A DNA stretch of 64,000 nt from Candidatus Hydrogenedentota bacterium (GTDB lineage Bacteria > Hydrogenedentota > Hydrogenedentia > Hydrogenedentales > SLHB01): NCBI GenBank assembly GCA_029974275.1, contig JARKSN010000339.1, forward strand, positions 1 to 64,000, given 5' to 3'. Shown one piece after another: positions 1 through 10,356 of this stretch. Position 1 is the stretch's first letter. Each line of letters starts with the position of its first letter. The notes beneath the pieces are model-generated. The model made no database searches. It had not been told where the DNA came from and saw only the letters and a list, made by a program, of their open reading frames with translations. Position numbers and translations under genes: made by a program.

Positions 1-321
1 GGCAGCATGTTCTACGCGCGTCTGTGCCTGGAAGAAGCTCTCGTAAACGCCGTAACGCACGGCAACGCATGCGACCCTTCCCGCGCCGTGCGCCTGACCA
101 TGACCGAGGAAAACGACGCGTGCCTCATCTGCGTTTACGACGAAGGACCGGGTTTCGCGCCGGAAACCCTACCGGCCCCGGAAGACAGCGGCATGGGCGG
201 ACGAGGCGTTGTTCTCATTCAGCATTGCATGGAGGAAGTGCGCTACAATAGCGCCGCGCGGCGCCTGGAAATGAAAATGCGGCGCAAGCCGTTCTGTATG
301 GGAGAAAACGATCATGAGTGA
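1..321 (+). CDS. Anti-sigma factor / RsbW-like HATPase_c Ser kinase (probably 5'-truncated by the window edge)
   Basis: EEALVNAVTHGN (N-box), DEGPGF (G1 box), GGRGVVLI (G2 box). Frame is open to base 1. Overlaps the downstream STAS gene. Confidence 0.85.
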   Translation, partial: GSMFYARLCLEEALVNAVTHGNACDPSRAVRLTMTEENDACLICVYDEGPGFAPETLPAPEDSGMGGRGVVLIQHCMEEVRYNSAARRLEMKMRRKPFCMGENDHE

Positions 322-727
322 TCCATCCATCCTTGTATTCGAGAGCCACGGACGCATCGTGGAAGGACGCATTCAGGCGACCAGCGTGCTGGACGCGATG
401 AACGTCGCCCGTTTCGGCGCCGAGGCGATAGGATTCATCAAGACGCATGCCGGCGTCAATCTGCTGCTGGACTTCACGCAGGTCGACTACCTGTCGAGCG
501 CCGTGCTCACCGAATTGCTGCGCATTCACGAAACCATCAAAACCGTCAACGGTTCGTTGCGCCTGTGCGGCATGAATCCGGACATCCAGAAAGTCTTCGA
601 AATCACCAACCTCAACAAGGTGTTCACCCTCTACGGATCCCGGAAAGACGCCGTGGCCAAGTACGAACGCTCCCTCGACATCCTCGCCCAAGAAGACGCG
701 TGGGAAAACATCAGCAAGGAATCCTGA
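314..727 (+). CDS. STAS-domain anti-sigma factor antagonist (RsbV/SpoIIAA-like)
   Basis: LLLDFTQVDYLSSAVL with phospho-acceptor Ser; LCGMNPDIQKVFEITNL; adjacent to the anti-sigma kinase. Confidence 0.9.
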   Translation: MSDPSILVFESHGRIVEGRIQATSVLDAMNVARFGAEAIGFIKTHAGVNLLLDFTQVDYLSSAVLTELLRIHETIKTVNGSLRLCGMNPDIQKVFEITNLNKVFTLYGSRKDAVAKYERSLDILAQEDAWENISKES

Positions 728-1856
728 CCCCGCCCCCGAGGCACGCCTGGTATTCGCGCAACACTGCCCGCGCTTGAACGTCGAGCGAAAAAGCGGCCAC
801 GGCCTTCTCGCGCGCCGCATGCCCAAACCGTCGCGCAAGCGCCCGATCGCAGGCAAGACGGCGCAACGCTTCAAAAAGACCCTCCGGGCTGCCGTCGCAC
901 ACGAAACCGTTTGCGCCGTCATCCACGATCTCGCGCAACATCCCCCGATCGGCTGCGACAATCGGCTTGCCCATCGCCATTGCCTCGCGCACCGCGCGGC
1001 AGGTGCCGTCCGTGCCCGGAACGAGAAACGCCTTCACGTCAAACGATCGCAGCATGCCCACGTAATTCTCGCCATCGAGATAGCCGGGAAAATGCACGCG
1101 CCCCTCGAGACCCAAATCGCGCACGGGCTGCTTGCCCACGCGCTCTTGCTTGGTGCCGCGCCCCACGACGATCACGCGCACGTTGGGACAGTGATCCGCC
1201 AGCATCTGGATCGCCCTAAAAAAATCCTCATAATGCCGGTGCGTCTGCATGCGCGCCACAATCCCCACGACAAACGCGTCGGGCGGAATGCCCAGCCAGC
1301 GCCGGCCATCGGGCGTCTCCCGCAGGGGATCGAAACGCTCCACATCCACCGCGCCCGGCACGACCACGGCCCGTTCCGGCGCCACGCCCATCGCGCGAAT
1401 GTCGTGATCGCGCGCTGCCTGGGACGGCTCGAAAATGCGGATTGCCCCCTGCGCAAGCCTGCGGAGCGCGGACGTTTCGGGCATGCCCATCCCGTGGTAG
1501 CTGCTGCGAACAAGCGGAACGCCCACCGCCCGCGCCGCGCCTGCCGCAATGCGGTGATCGTTGTCGAGATGGCAGTGGATCAGATCGTATCGCGCGGCCC
1601 TGAGATGCCGCTTGAGCGCGATGCCGTCCATGAAATTCGTGGCCGGATTGAAATGCTTATACAAAAAAAACCGCAGAATCGGCTCGATGCCTCGGTCGCG
1701 CGCGGTCTCGACGATTTTGTTGATCGAAGCGCCCGCGTCCGGACAGCACGCGAAATCCGCCTCAATCCCAAGCCTGCGCAACGCGACGCACAGGTTCAAC
1801 GCCGGCTCCGCCGGGCCGGTCCATTTCGCATTGCTGAATAGGTGGAGGACTTTCAT
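711..1856 (-). CDS. Glycosyltransferase family 4 (GT-B fold)
   Basis: MKVLHL start; VPGAVDVERF; EAMAMGKPIVAADRGMLREIVDDGANGF GT4 C-terminal motif. Confidence 0.9.
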   Translation of the reverse strand: MKVLHLFSNAKWTGPAEPALNLCVALRRLGIEADFACCPDAGASINKIVETARDRGIEPILRFFLYKHFNPATNFMDGIALKRHLRAARYDLIHCHLDNDHRIAAGAARAVGVPLVRSSYHGMGMPETSALRRLAQGAIRIFEPSQAARDHDIRAMGVAPERAVVVPGAVDVERFDPLRETPDGRRWLGIPPDAFVVGIVARMQTHRHYEDFFRAIQMLADHCPNVRVIVVGRGTKQERVGKQPVRDLGLEGRVHFPGYLDGENYVGMLRSFDVKAFLVPGTDGTCRAVREAMAMGKPIVAADRGMLREIVDDGANGFVCDGSPEGLFEALRRLACDRALARRFGHAAREKAVAAFSLDVQARAVLREYQACLGGGVRIPC

Positions 1857-1996
1857 GAGAGTCACACGCTGAGAGAACGACGGGCAACGCAACGGCGCCG
1901 CGGCGCGAACGCGCAAAGGGATGAAACCACAGACCGAATCATCGCTTCGTCCCCTTTGTGTTCGTCATGTCCCTGTGCCGTCGCGGCGAATCATCT

Positions 1997-4900
1997 CTAC
2001 GCCGCGGACACGCCCTTGCGCGCTTCGTCGAATTTCACGGAGACCAGTTGCGACACGCCGCGCTCCTGCATCGTGACGCCGTACAACGCGCCGGCGCGCG
2101 CCATCGTCTGCTTGTTATGCGTGATGACGATGAATTGACTCTCGCTCGTGAACTCCTCGACCATGTCGAGAAACCGCCCGATATTCGCGTCATCCAACGG
2201 CGCATCCACCTCGTCCAAGATGCAAAACGGACTCGGCTTCGCCTTGAAAATGCCGAACAGCAGCGCGATCGCCGTCATTGCGCTTTCGCCGCCGGAAAGC
2301 AACGAGATGCTCGTCGGCTTCTTGCCCGGCGGACGCGCTTCGATTTCAATGCCGCTCTCGAGCGGATCGTCCTCGTTCAGGAGATACACCCGCGCCTGGC
2401 CGCCGTTGAACAAGCGCCTGAAATACACCCGGAAATTGTCCGCGATTTGCGTGAAGGTTTCCATGAACAATTCGCGGATTTTCTTGTCGCATCGCGCCAC
2501 GACGCCCAGCAAGGTTTCGCGCGCCTGTTGCAGATCCGCATACTGCGTCGTCAGGAATTCATTGCGCTTCTCCAACGCCTCGTATTCCTCGATCGCCATC
2601 AAATTCACCTCGCCCATGCGCTGCAATTTCGCGCGCAAATCGGCCACCATGCCGTCCCGCGTGGCATCGTCGTATTCGTCCGCGCCCGCTTGTTCCGCGG
2701 TGAGCGCCGGCAACGCGACGTTGTACTCCGTCAAAATGCGCTCCTGAAAAAAGCCGACCCGATCCTCGTTGTGCCGCAACGCCATCTCCGTCTGATGCAA
2801 CTGCGTCTGCGAACTGCGCGCTTTCTCGCGCAATTCGCGCAAGGATTTGTCGATGGCCTCGCCCTCGTTCAACAATTCGGCGCGCTGGTTTTCGGCCTCG
2901 ATGACCTTGCCGCGGGCCTCTTCCTTGCTTTCCGACAGGGCTTTCGAGCGCTCCACCTGCAGCGCGGCCTCCTCTTCGAGCATGGACGCCTGCCGTTTCA
3001 GTTGTTCCACGATCTCGTCGCGCCGGGCCGCTTCGCGCAGGGCTTCTTCGCGTTCGCGATCGAGGCGCGAACGATCGCGTTCCGCCTCTTCGCGATGCTG
3101 CGCGAGGGTCGCCTGCTGAAGACGCAACTCGGACACCTCGCTGCCGTGCACGGAAAGCTCCTGCCGCGCGTGCGACGCGCGCTCTTGCGCCTCCGACATC
3201 TCGCGCTGGAAGGCTTCGTCATCGCTGTCCATGCCCTCGGCGCGCCGCAACACATCGCGCTGCTGCTCTTCCAACCCGTCGCGCCGCACGCACAATTCGT
3301 CGCGCTGCTGGTCCAACTTCTGCGCGGCGTCGACCAGATTGTCGATCTCGGTCGTGCACCGCGCCAGCATCACGCCCAGCTCGTTGATTTCACGGCGCAT
3401 GCCGTGCTCTTTGTGTTCGAGTTCGCGCGTCTGCGCCATCGATTTTTGGATCGATTCCTCCAAGCGACGGCTCTTCGCGATGGTTCCCTCGATATCGCCC
3501 TTGAGTTTTTCAAGCGCCACATCGAGTTCGCCGATCTCCGCGCTGCGCCCGAGCAGCCCCCGGCTCTCATGCTTGTTGCGACCGCCGGTCACCGCGCCCG
3601 ATGCCGACACGACCTCGCCGTCCAACGTGACCAGGCGCGGAATCTTCTCGTACTTGCGCGCGATGCGAATCGCGTCGTCGAGCGTCTCCACGATGAGCGT
3701 GCTGTGCAGCAGATATTCGACCGCAGGCCGCAATTTGGCGTCATACTGGACATAGTCGAGCGCAGGACCGACAATGCCCGGCTGCCCGGCAAGGTCCCCG
3801 CCGTCGTCGCCGCGTCCGCCGCGGATGATGTCCAGCGGCAAAAACGTAACGCGCCCGGCCTGACTCCGCTTCAAAAACGAAATGGCATTCTTCGCCGCTT
3901 CGGCGTCGTCCACCACGATATTGTTGATATTGCCGCCAAGAGCCGCTTCGATCGCCGCCTCGTAGGTTTTTTCCGTAGACAGCAGATCGCCGGCAGGGCC
4001 GATGACGCCGCGCGCCTCGGGCATTTTTTCGGCCTTGGCGCGCATGATCGCCCGCACGCCGACGGCGAAACCCTCGTACGCGTCGCGCAGCTCGCGCAAC
4101 GACGTCAGGCGCGCCTCGGTGCTGCTCTTGCGCTCGCGCTGGCCTTGCCACACGTGCTCGAGCGCCTTCAGTTCCTGCGTCTGTTGCGCGAGTTGGTCGC
4201 GCGCCTGCGTGCGCTTCGACTCGATATCGGCCAGCGCTTCGAGCTTGATTTTTTCCTGGCCGCGCACGTCTTCCAACTGCATCAACAGTTGGTCGCGGCG
4301 GGCGCCGATCGCGCTTTGCTGCTCATAGATCGCGCCAAGCTGCGTTTCGATATTCGAAATGCCCACCGCGAGTTTTTCCAACTCGGTCTGCGTTTTCGCG
4401 CGCGTGTTCATTTGCTCGACCGCGCGCGCGCGCATGGCTTCCAGCGCCGCATCGGCCTCTTCCACGCGCGCAATCGCCCCGGCATGACCGCTCTGCTTGG
4501 CTTCGAACGCCTCCGTGCAGGCCTGAAGCTCGCCGCCTATCCTTTCCAGGCGCTCTGCCGTTTGGGCGATCTCGGTCTCGATGGCCGCCGCGCGCCGCCG
4601 GTACGCCTCCTGCTCGCGCAACGCCTGCTGTTGCTGTTCGCCCGAGAAATCGATCTGCTGCCGCAACAACGCGATTTGCCGCTCGATCTTTTCCATTTCG
4701 GAATCGATTTCGTGCACGCCCTCGCGCCGCGCCATCAACACGCGGTCCATATCGAGCTTGGACAGGTTCAACGCCTCGCGCCGCGCCTCGAACTCGGAAA
4801 TGCGGGCCGACTCGCCCTCGTAGGCGTCTTGCGCCGCGGCAAACGTTTCGCGCAACTGGACGATCTCGGCGCTCAACCGCGTGAACGTCAGCCACGCCGA

Positions 4901-5584
4901 ACGAATCTCGATCTCCCGCAACTGTTCGCTGAGTTCGCGATAGCGGATGGCCGCGTTCACCTGACGCTTCAACGACCGCATCTGGCGCTGCACTTCCGCG
5001 ACGATGTCGTTCAGCCGCAGAAGGTTTTGCTCGGCCCCCTCCAATTTGCGCATGGCCACGCGCTTGCGGCTCTTGTATTTGATGATGCCCGCCGCCTCTT
5101 CGAACAAATAACGCCGGTCCTCGGGCTTCGAACTGAGGATCATGTCCATCTTGCCCTGTCCGACCATCGAATACGCCTGCGTGCCGATGCCGGTGTCCAT
5201 GAACAACTCATGGATGTCCTTCAGCCGGCACGGAGCCTTGTTGAGAAGATATTCGCTCTCGCCGGAGCGATACACGCGGCGCGTCACCTCGACTTCCGAA
5301 AAATCCACCGGCAGAACCGAGTCCGAATTGTCAAAGACGATCGAGACCTCCGCCATGCCCATCGCATGCCGGTGCTCGCTGCCGTTGAACACGACATCCT
5401 GCATGTGCGACCCGCGCAGTTCGCGGGCGTTCTGCTCGCCCAATGCCCAGCGCATGGCGTCGAGAATATTGCTCTTGCCGCACCCGTTCGGTCCCACGAC
5501 CGCCGTGATGCCTGGCTCCAGCCGGACCATCGTGCGGTCGGCAAACGACTTGAACCCCGTCATCTCAAGTTGCTTGAAATACAT
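1997..5584 (-). CDS. smc: Chromosome segregation protein SMC
   Basis: GFKSF, Walker A GPNGCGKSN, long coiled coils, hinge GRVTFLPL, LSGGE signature, LDEVDAPLD Walker B; 1195 aa. Confidence 0.97.
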   Translation of the reverse strand: MYFKQLEMTGFKSFADRTMVRLEPGITAVVGPNGCGKSNILDAMRWALGEQNARELRGSHMQDVVFNGSEHRHAMGMAEVSIVFDNSDSVLPVDFSEVEVTRRVYRSGESEYLLNKAPCRLKDIHELFMDTGIGTQAYSMVGQGKMDMILSSKPEDRRYLFEEAAGIIKYKSRKRVAMRKLEGAEQNLLRLNDIVAEVQRQMRSLKRQVNAAIRYRELSEQLREIEIRSAWLTFTRLSAEIVQLRETFAAAQDAYEGESARISEFEARREALNLSKLDMDRVLMARREGVHEIDSEMEKIERQIALLRQQIDFSGEQQQQALREQEAYRRRAAAIETEIAQTAERLERIGGELQACTEAFEAKQSGHAGAIARVEEADAALEAMRARAVEQMNTRAKTQTELEKLAVGISNIETQLGAIYEQQSAIGARRDQLLMQLEDVRGQEKIKLEALADIESKRTQARDQLAQQTQELKALEHVWQGQRERKSSTEARLTSLRELRDAYEGFAVGVRAIMRAKAEKMPEARGVIGPAGDLLSTEKTYEAAIEAALGGNINNIVVDDAEAAKNAISFLKRSQAGRVTFLPLDIIRGGRGDDGGDLAGQPGIVGPALDYVQYDAKLRPAVEYLLHSTLIVETLDDAIRIARKYEKIPRLVTLDGEVVSASGAVTGGRNKHESRGLLGRSAEIGELDVALEKLKGDIEGTIAKSRRLEESIQKSMAQTRELEHKEHGMRREINELGVMLARCTTEIDNLVDAAQKLDQQRDELCVRRDGLEEQQRDVLRRAEGMDSDDEAFQREMSEAQERASHARQELSVHGSEVSELRLQQATLAQHREEAERDRSRLDREREEALREAARRDEIVEQLKRQASMLEEEAALQVERSKALSESKEEARGKVIEAENQRAELLNEGEAIDKSLRELREKARSSQTQLHQTEMALRHNEDRVGFFQERILTEYNVALPALTAEQAGADEYDDATRDGMVADLRAKLQRMGEVNLMAIEEYEALEKRNEFLTTQYADLQQARETLLGVVARCDKKIRELFMETFTQIADNFRVYFRRLFNGGQARVYLLNEDDPLESGIEIEARPPGKKPTSISLLSGGESAMTAIALLFGIFKAKPSPFCILDEVDAPLDDANIGRFLDMVEEFTSESQFIVITHNKQTMARAGALYGVTMQERGVSQLVSVKFDEARKGVSAA

Positions 5585-5603
5585 GACTCCCCGAAACCGC
5601 GGG

Positions 5604-6395
5604 CTACCCGCGCCCCTCGTCGAGCGCGCAAACCCGTTCGATGGATAAGGCCGCGCCCGTCCGATCGTCCGCTTCGACGACGACCCCGCACAGACCCGGC
5701 CGGTCTTCGGCCACTTTGAACTCGGAAGGCATCCCTGTCAGAAACTTCCGGATGATGATGTCCCGCTCCATGCCGATTACGGAATCCATGGGGCCGGTCA
5801 TGCCCGCGTCGGTGATATACGCCGTGCCGCGCGGCAACACGCGCTCGTCAGCCGTTTGCACGTGCGTATGCGTGCCGATCACCGCCGTGCACGCGCCGTC
5901 CAAATGCCACCCCATCGCCACCTTCTCCGACGTGGCTTCGGCGTGAAAATCCACGATCACCACCGGCGTCATCTCGCGCATCCGGGTCGCCTCCCGCAAA
6001 CCAACCTCGAACGGACACGCAACCGGCTCCATATACACCCTGCCCAGAAGATTGATCACCCCAGCCTTGCGGCCATCGGGCAAAACATACACCTGCGAAC
6101 CGCGCCCCGGAACCCCTTGCGGATAATTGGCGGGCCTAAGCACGTTGTCGTACATGTCCAGCGCCGGCGCGAGTTGCTTTTTCCGCCACGTGTGGTTTCC
6201 CAACGTGATGAGATGAACCCCGCCCCGAAACAGCTCGGCCAACGTTTCCGGCGTGGCCCCCAAGCCGCCCGCGGCATTTTCGCCATTTGCGATCACCAAG
6301 TCAACGCCGTGCCGCGCGCGCAATCCGGGAACCAACTCCCGGACGCACCGGCGTCCCGGACGTCCGACCACGTCGCCGATAAAAAGAATTCTCAT
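5604..6395 (-). CDS. ymdB: YmdB/TIGR00282-family metallophosphoesterase
   Basis: GDVVGRPG, NGENAAGG, TLGNH, DFHAEATSEK, GTHTHVQTAD; directly downstream of rny as is usual. Confidence 0.93.
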   Translation of the reverse strand: MRILFIGDVVGRPGRRCVRELVPGLRARHGVDLVIANGENAAGGLGATPETLAELFRGGVHLITLGNHTWRKKQLAPALDMYDNVLRPANYPQGVPGRGSQVYVLPDGRKAGVINLLGRVYMEPVACPFEVGLREATRMREMTPVVIVDFHAEATSEKVAMGWHLDGACTAVIGTHTHVQTADERVLPRGTAYITDAGMTGPMDSVIGMERDIIIRKFLTGMPSEFKVAEDRPGLCGVVVEADDRTGAALSIERVCALDEGRG

Positions 6396-6406
6396 GGAAC
6401 GTACGC

Positions 6407-7972
6407 CTATTTGGCGGTGTCAACGGCGCGCGTCTCGCGGATCACCGTAACCTTGATTTGCCCGGGATACGTCATCTCGCTCTCGACCTTCCTGGCGATA
6501 TCGCGGGCGAGCTGGCTCGCTTCGGCGTCGGTGACCTTTTCCGGGTACACGGCGACGCGAATCTCGCGCCCTGCCTGGAGCGCATACGATTTTTCCACGC
6601 CCGAAAATCCGTCCGCGATGCCCTCGAGCTGTTCCAGACGCTTGATGTACGTCTCGAGCGTTTCCCGCCGGGCGCCCGGACGAGCCGCCGACAACGCATC
6701 CGCCGCTTGAACCAACACGGCAATCACCGACGACTGCTCCATCTCGGCATGGTGCGACCCGATGGCATTGGCGATGTGCTCGTTTTCGCCGTAGCGCTTG
6801 GCCAGGTCGTGCCCGATAACCGCGTGCGACCCCTCCACCTCGTGGTTGATCGCCTTGCCAATGTCATGAATGAGCGCGGCCCGCTTTGCCTCGTGGATGG
6901 GCAACCCCAGTTCGGCGGCCATGAGCCCCGCCAGATGACATACCTCCATCGAATGCCGCAATACGTTCTGGCCGTACGACGTGCGGTACGTCAGACGTCC
7001 CAACAGCTTCACGATCTCCGGATGCAGCCCATGAATGTCCGTGTCCAGACACGCCCGCTCGCCATTCTCCTTGATCGTCTGATTCATCTCTTCCGTGACC
7101 TTCTGCACCACCTCCTCAATCCGGGCGGGGTGAATGCGGCCATCCTGAATGAGACGTTCCAGCGAAATGCGGGCAATTTCACGGCGAACCGGGTCAAAAC
7201 CGGAAAGAATGACCGCCTCGGGCGTGTCATCAATGATGCAGTTGATGCCGGTCGCAGCCTCGAGCACGCGAATGTTGCGCCCTTCGCGTCCGATAATGCG
7301 CCCCTTCATTTCGTCGTTCGGAAGATTTACGACCGAGACGACCGCCTCGGCGACATGATCGGCGGCGCAACGTTGAATGGCCTGGGTGATGACCCATTTT
7401 GCCTTCTTTTCGGAATTTTCAACCATTTCGTCTTCAATGCGTTTGAGACGAATGGCGGTGTCGCGCCGGACCTCCGTTTCCAACTGATTGAACAACAGCC
7501 GTTTGGCTTCCTCGGCGCTCATGCCGGACACGGCTTCAAGCCGGGTCGTTTGCTCGTCGACCAGCGCCTTGATCTTATCGCGCTCCGTATCCAGCGCCTT
7601 CTCGCGATCGCCCAACTCACGCTCGCGCGCATTCAGATCATTCGCCTTTCGTTCGAGCGTTTCGACGCGCTTGTCGACCGTCTCTTCCTTGGCGAGAATG
7701 CGTTTCTCCAGAGCCACCAATTCTTTACGCTGCTCTCGAGTCTCCCTTTCCGTCTCCTCGCGGAGTTGTATCCGCTGCTCTTTTATGGATGTGTTGGCTT
7801 CCTTCAGGATAGAAGCGGCATCGCGCTCTGCGTTGGATATCGTCTGCGCGGCTTCCCGGCGAGCCTTTCCCAGCAAATTGCGTCCTGCAATGCGTGCGCT
7901 CACCACCGTGACGGCAACGCCCAGCAAACCGCCCGCCACTACCCACAATACGGTGATATACACCTGCGGCAT
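6407..7972 (-). CDS. rny: Ribonuclease Y
   Basis: N-terminal TM, coiled coil, KH domain ([13 protein letters not shown]), HD domain (HDIGKA). GGAGGAG RBS before ATG at 7972. Confidence 0.96.
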   Translation of the reverse strand: MPQVYITVLWVVAGGLLGVAVTVVSARIAGRNLLGKARREAAQTISNAERDAASILKEANTSIKEQRIQLREETERETREQRKELVALEKRILAKEETVDKRVETLERKANDLNARERELGDREKALDTERDKIKALVDEQTTRLEAVSGMSAEEAKRLLFNQLETEVRRDTAIRLKRIEDEMVENSEKKAKWVITQAIQRCAADHVAEAVVSVVNLPNDEMKGRIIGREGRNIRVLEAATGINCIIDDTPEAVILSGFDPVRREIARISLERLIQDGRIHPARIEEVVQKVTEEMNQTIKENGERACLDTDIHGLHPEIVKLLGRLTYRTSYGQNVLRHSMEVCHLAGLMAAELGLPIHEAKRAALIHDIGKAINHEVEGSHAVIGHDLAKRYGENEHIANAIGSHHAEMEQSSVIAVLVQAADALSAARPGARRETLETYIKRLEQLEGIADGFSGVEKSYALQAGREIRVAVYPEKVTDAEASQLARDIARKVESEMTYPGQIKVTVIRETRAVDTAK

Positions 7973-8017
7973 GTCTCTCCTCCACCCAGTTCGGGGATGT
8001 TTCGCCCCTACGCCAAG

Positions 8018-8192
8018 GCATGAGGACAGCGGAAGCAAAAAAGCGGAACGCTAGCCACGACAACGGATTTCGATAGCGTCTACGCGCGGGGTCATCCTCT
8101 TCTTGGACAACAACGACTTGTGTAACCTAACAAAACCGCCCCGGTGGCGATCGCCTAGCCTACTGCTCGCTTTCTCAACCGTATCCCCATGC
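8018..8192 (-). ncRNA. Candidate 6S RNA-like rod-shaped RNA upstream of rny
   Basis: Hand-folded long-range pairings on the minus strand: GCAUGGGGAUACGG/CCGCUGUCCUCAUGC, GAGAAAGCG/CGCUUUUUU, GCUAG/CUAGC, CGGGG/CCCCG around an asymmetric central bubble; ~175 nt. Confidence 0.55.
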
Positions 8193-8236
8193 ATAACCAA
8201 AATTCATACCCTTCAGGGTTATTCCCAACCCGGCAC

Positions 8237-8265
8237 AGTATAAGGGTGCACGACCTCTATGTCAA
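8237..8265 (-). promoter_or_regulatory. sigma70-type promoter for the 6S-like RNA and rny-ymdB-smc
   Basis: TTGACA-17 nt-TATACT on the minus strand. Confidence 0.8.
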
Positions 8266-8405
8266 TCTGTACTTTTGGAGGAAGCGGCGGCAATCGTCCT
8301 CCGGCGCGCGCGCATTTCTTCCCTTGCATTGGCTATTCACGTAAAACTTCGTACAGCGCCCGCCGCCCTCATCCGCATACGAAAAGGCGGAATCGGGGAA
8401 TGGCG

Positions 8406-9428
8406 TCATCGGTCCGACAAAATTCGCTCTGTTTTCTCGAAAATCGCCGCCGCCGCAAGCGCATGTCCAAGGGCGTTGAGATGAGGATCCGAAGGACTCA
8501 CCCACAAGTCGCTTGGGGGATGCCCCTGCAACGCGTCCCACAAATCGAGGAACGGCGCGTTCGCGGTTGCGGCCACTTCGCGAAGAAAGCGCCCCCCCAC
8601 CTGCAACTCGGGGTTGGCAAGGTCGCGGATATCCGGAATATTGACCAACAGCAGCGATATTCCCTTCTCCCGGCACAGATCGATCAATGTTTCCAGGGCC
8701 TTGCGGTTGGATTCCAGCGCCGGCGCGCCGTTTCGGTACAACGCTTGATAATACGCGCCGCAGTCAAATCGCGGGTCGAGAAAGGCGCGAATCCGAGCGT
8801 GAATATCAAAGATTACCGCCCCCAAGTAGGTGTGTGCGCGGATGGCCCGGCCCCACCGCGAAAAAACCGGCGTCGGTTCGGCGTCGTTGACGTAATAGCC
8901 GACGATAACCATGTCGGGCTGCAGCGGCAATCCTTTTTTCTGGAAAAGCGCCGTCTCCATCACGCTGTTGTAGTTGCCAATGCCCAGGTTGATGACCTCG
9001 ATCCTGCGCCCGGCATCGTTCCAGCGCTGCTCCAGAACCTTGGCGTACGTCTTGTCCAGGGGAACTCCCCACCCCATCGTCATGGAATCGCCAAGCGTCA
9101 CGATTCGATACACGCCTGGCGGCTTGGTCAGGGAATATTCACGATCTCGAAATCCGAACGAATTCGTCTTTATTTCGACGCCATAATATGTGCCGCCCCG
9201 GTTGGGGTAATGGTGGAAAGGAAGCCGTGGATCGGGCAGACGTTCCTTGAGTTCCGCCCCGTAGCGCCACATTTCCAGGTTGTAGTCCGCCAGAAATGGA
9301 TAGAGGGCGCGCGCGGCGATTTCCCCCAGGAGCAGGGAACATCCCGCGGCGATCACGGTCAACCCGGCATTGACGATAGATCGTTTGACGCGTAGGCTTT
9401 TTTCGAACGCAAACATGATACAGGCCAT
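8406..9428 (-). CDS. Membrane-anchored SGNH/GDSL hydrolase
   Basis: NSFGFRD, LGDSMTMG (block I), VINLGIGNY, YYVND, DPHLNALGH (DxH); N-terminal TM. Confidence 0.85.
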   Translation of the reverse strand: MACIMFAFEKSLRVKRSIVNAGLTVIAAGCSLLLGEIAARALYPFLADYNLEMWRYGAELKERLPDPRLPFHHYPNRGGTYYGVEIKTNSFGFRDREYSLTKPPGVYRIVTLGDSMTMGWGVPLDKTYAKVLEQRWNDAGRRIEVINLGIGNYNSVMETALFQKKGLPLQPDMVIVGYYVNDAEPTPVFSRWGRAIRAHTYLGAVIFDIHARIRAFLDPRFDCGAYYQALYRNGAPALESNRKALETLIDLCREKGISLLLVNIPDIRDLANPELQVGGRFLREVAATANAPFLDLWDALQGHPPSDLWVSPSDPHLNALGHALAAAAIFEKTERILSDR

Positions 9429-9467
9429 TTCCCCCGGCGCCGTCGTGGAACGATGCAGAACGCGCGA

Positions 9468-10100
9468 TCAGTCTCCCGTCCCCGCCGCTTTTCTATGGAC
9501 GGCTGCCAGCGCCAGGAAAAAACCTTGGTCGGCCGCCCCGAGGGGTTCGCCGAGTCCTAGTTTTTCGATAATGCCGGCGACGCGGTTGATCAGACGCGAA
9601 TTTTCTCGTTCCGGGGAAGGGTTGCGCAACTGCGCGAGGATTTCTTCAATCCGTCCCCAACTCATTTTGCGTCCGTTCAAGCGTTCCTCCGAATATAAGC
9701 GGAAAAAACTATCGATGGCCATGGCCACGCAGGGCGTCGCATGTTGGTTTCTTTGTTTGTAGGATTGCATGCGGACATGGACGTTTTCGCGCAGTTGTTC
9801 GATAGCGAGAGGAACTTTTTCGAGTTGCTCTTCGCTTAACCGCGCCGCGCCCGACATGCGCAAGGCGATCAATTTCTCGATCTGCGCGTTCGTTTCCTTG
9901 ACAAGCCGGAAACAAGCCTCGCGCTCGTCGATGAGCGACAACAATTCGGCCAAATAGGCTTCATCCGGAGGCGCGGGTCTCTCGATGCGGGTCATGAGGA
10001 CATCGGTGTTCCAGCACGTATTCCGTCCGGCTTTGCCGAAGCGCCGCGAAGCGTTGGAAAACGACCCTTCCTTGCCCGCAGACCCCTTCGGATGATCCAT
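9468..10100 (-). CDS. Hypothetical helical protein
   Basis: 210-aa ORF with CAGGAGAA RBS; no recognisable motif. Confidence 0.55.
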   Translation of the reverse strand: MDHPKGSAGKEGSFSNASRRFGKAGRNTCWNTDVLMTRIERPAPPDEAYLAELLSLIDEREACFRLVKETNAQIEKLIALRMSGAARLSEEQLEKVPLAIEQLRENVHVRMQSYKQRNQHATPCVAMAIDSFFRLYSEERLNGRKMSWGRIEEILAQLRNPSPERENSRLINRVAGIIEKLGLGEPLGAADQGFFLALAAVHRKAAGTGD

Positions 10101-10356
10101 GCCTTGTTCTCCTGACGATCAACGATCCGGCCACGCCGCACGCCTCGGTTTCCCGATCGCGCTTGCGTCGATGGCGCCATTTTGTTGGAGGAAGCATACC
10201 CTACGAGAGGTTTCAGGGCAATCGTCGCGTCGTCCCGCGATCCTGCTTGGATCGCGCGAAACCGGATCGCGAAAGATGACGCTGTGGGCGCCCCGTCGAT
10301 TCGCGGCGTTCTGCTCCGGCCATGGCGCCGCATTGTCTGATGAGGGCTTGATGAAT

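Noticed and set aside
1997..5584. SMC as a Wadjet/MksB defence component
   Set aside because: Canonical hinge-containing SMC in a housekeeping context; no jetA/B/D genes.
1958..5719. 1253-aa plus-strand ORF, and similar long antisense ORFs (6458-8023, 20457-22172, 22278-23810, 56031-57752)
   Set aside because: Shadow frames opposite well-supported genes (smc, rny, RND permease, pheA), a common artefact in high-GC DNA; no motifs.
10200..10300. GGATCGCG-containing hairpins upstream of the 9468-10100 ORF
   Set aside because: Short GC-rich palindromes expected by chance; no promoter/terminator framing.
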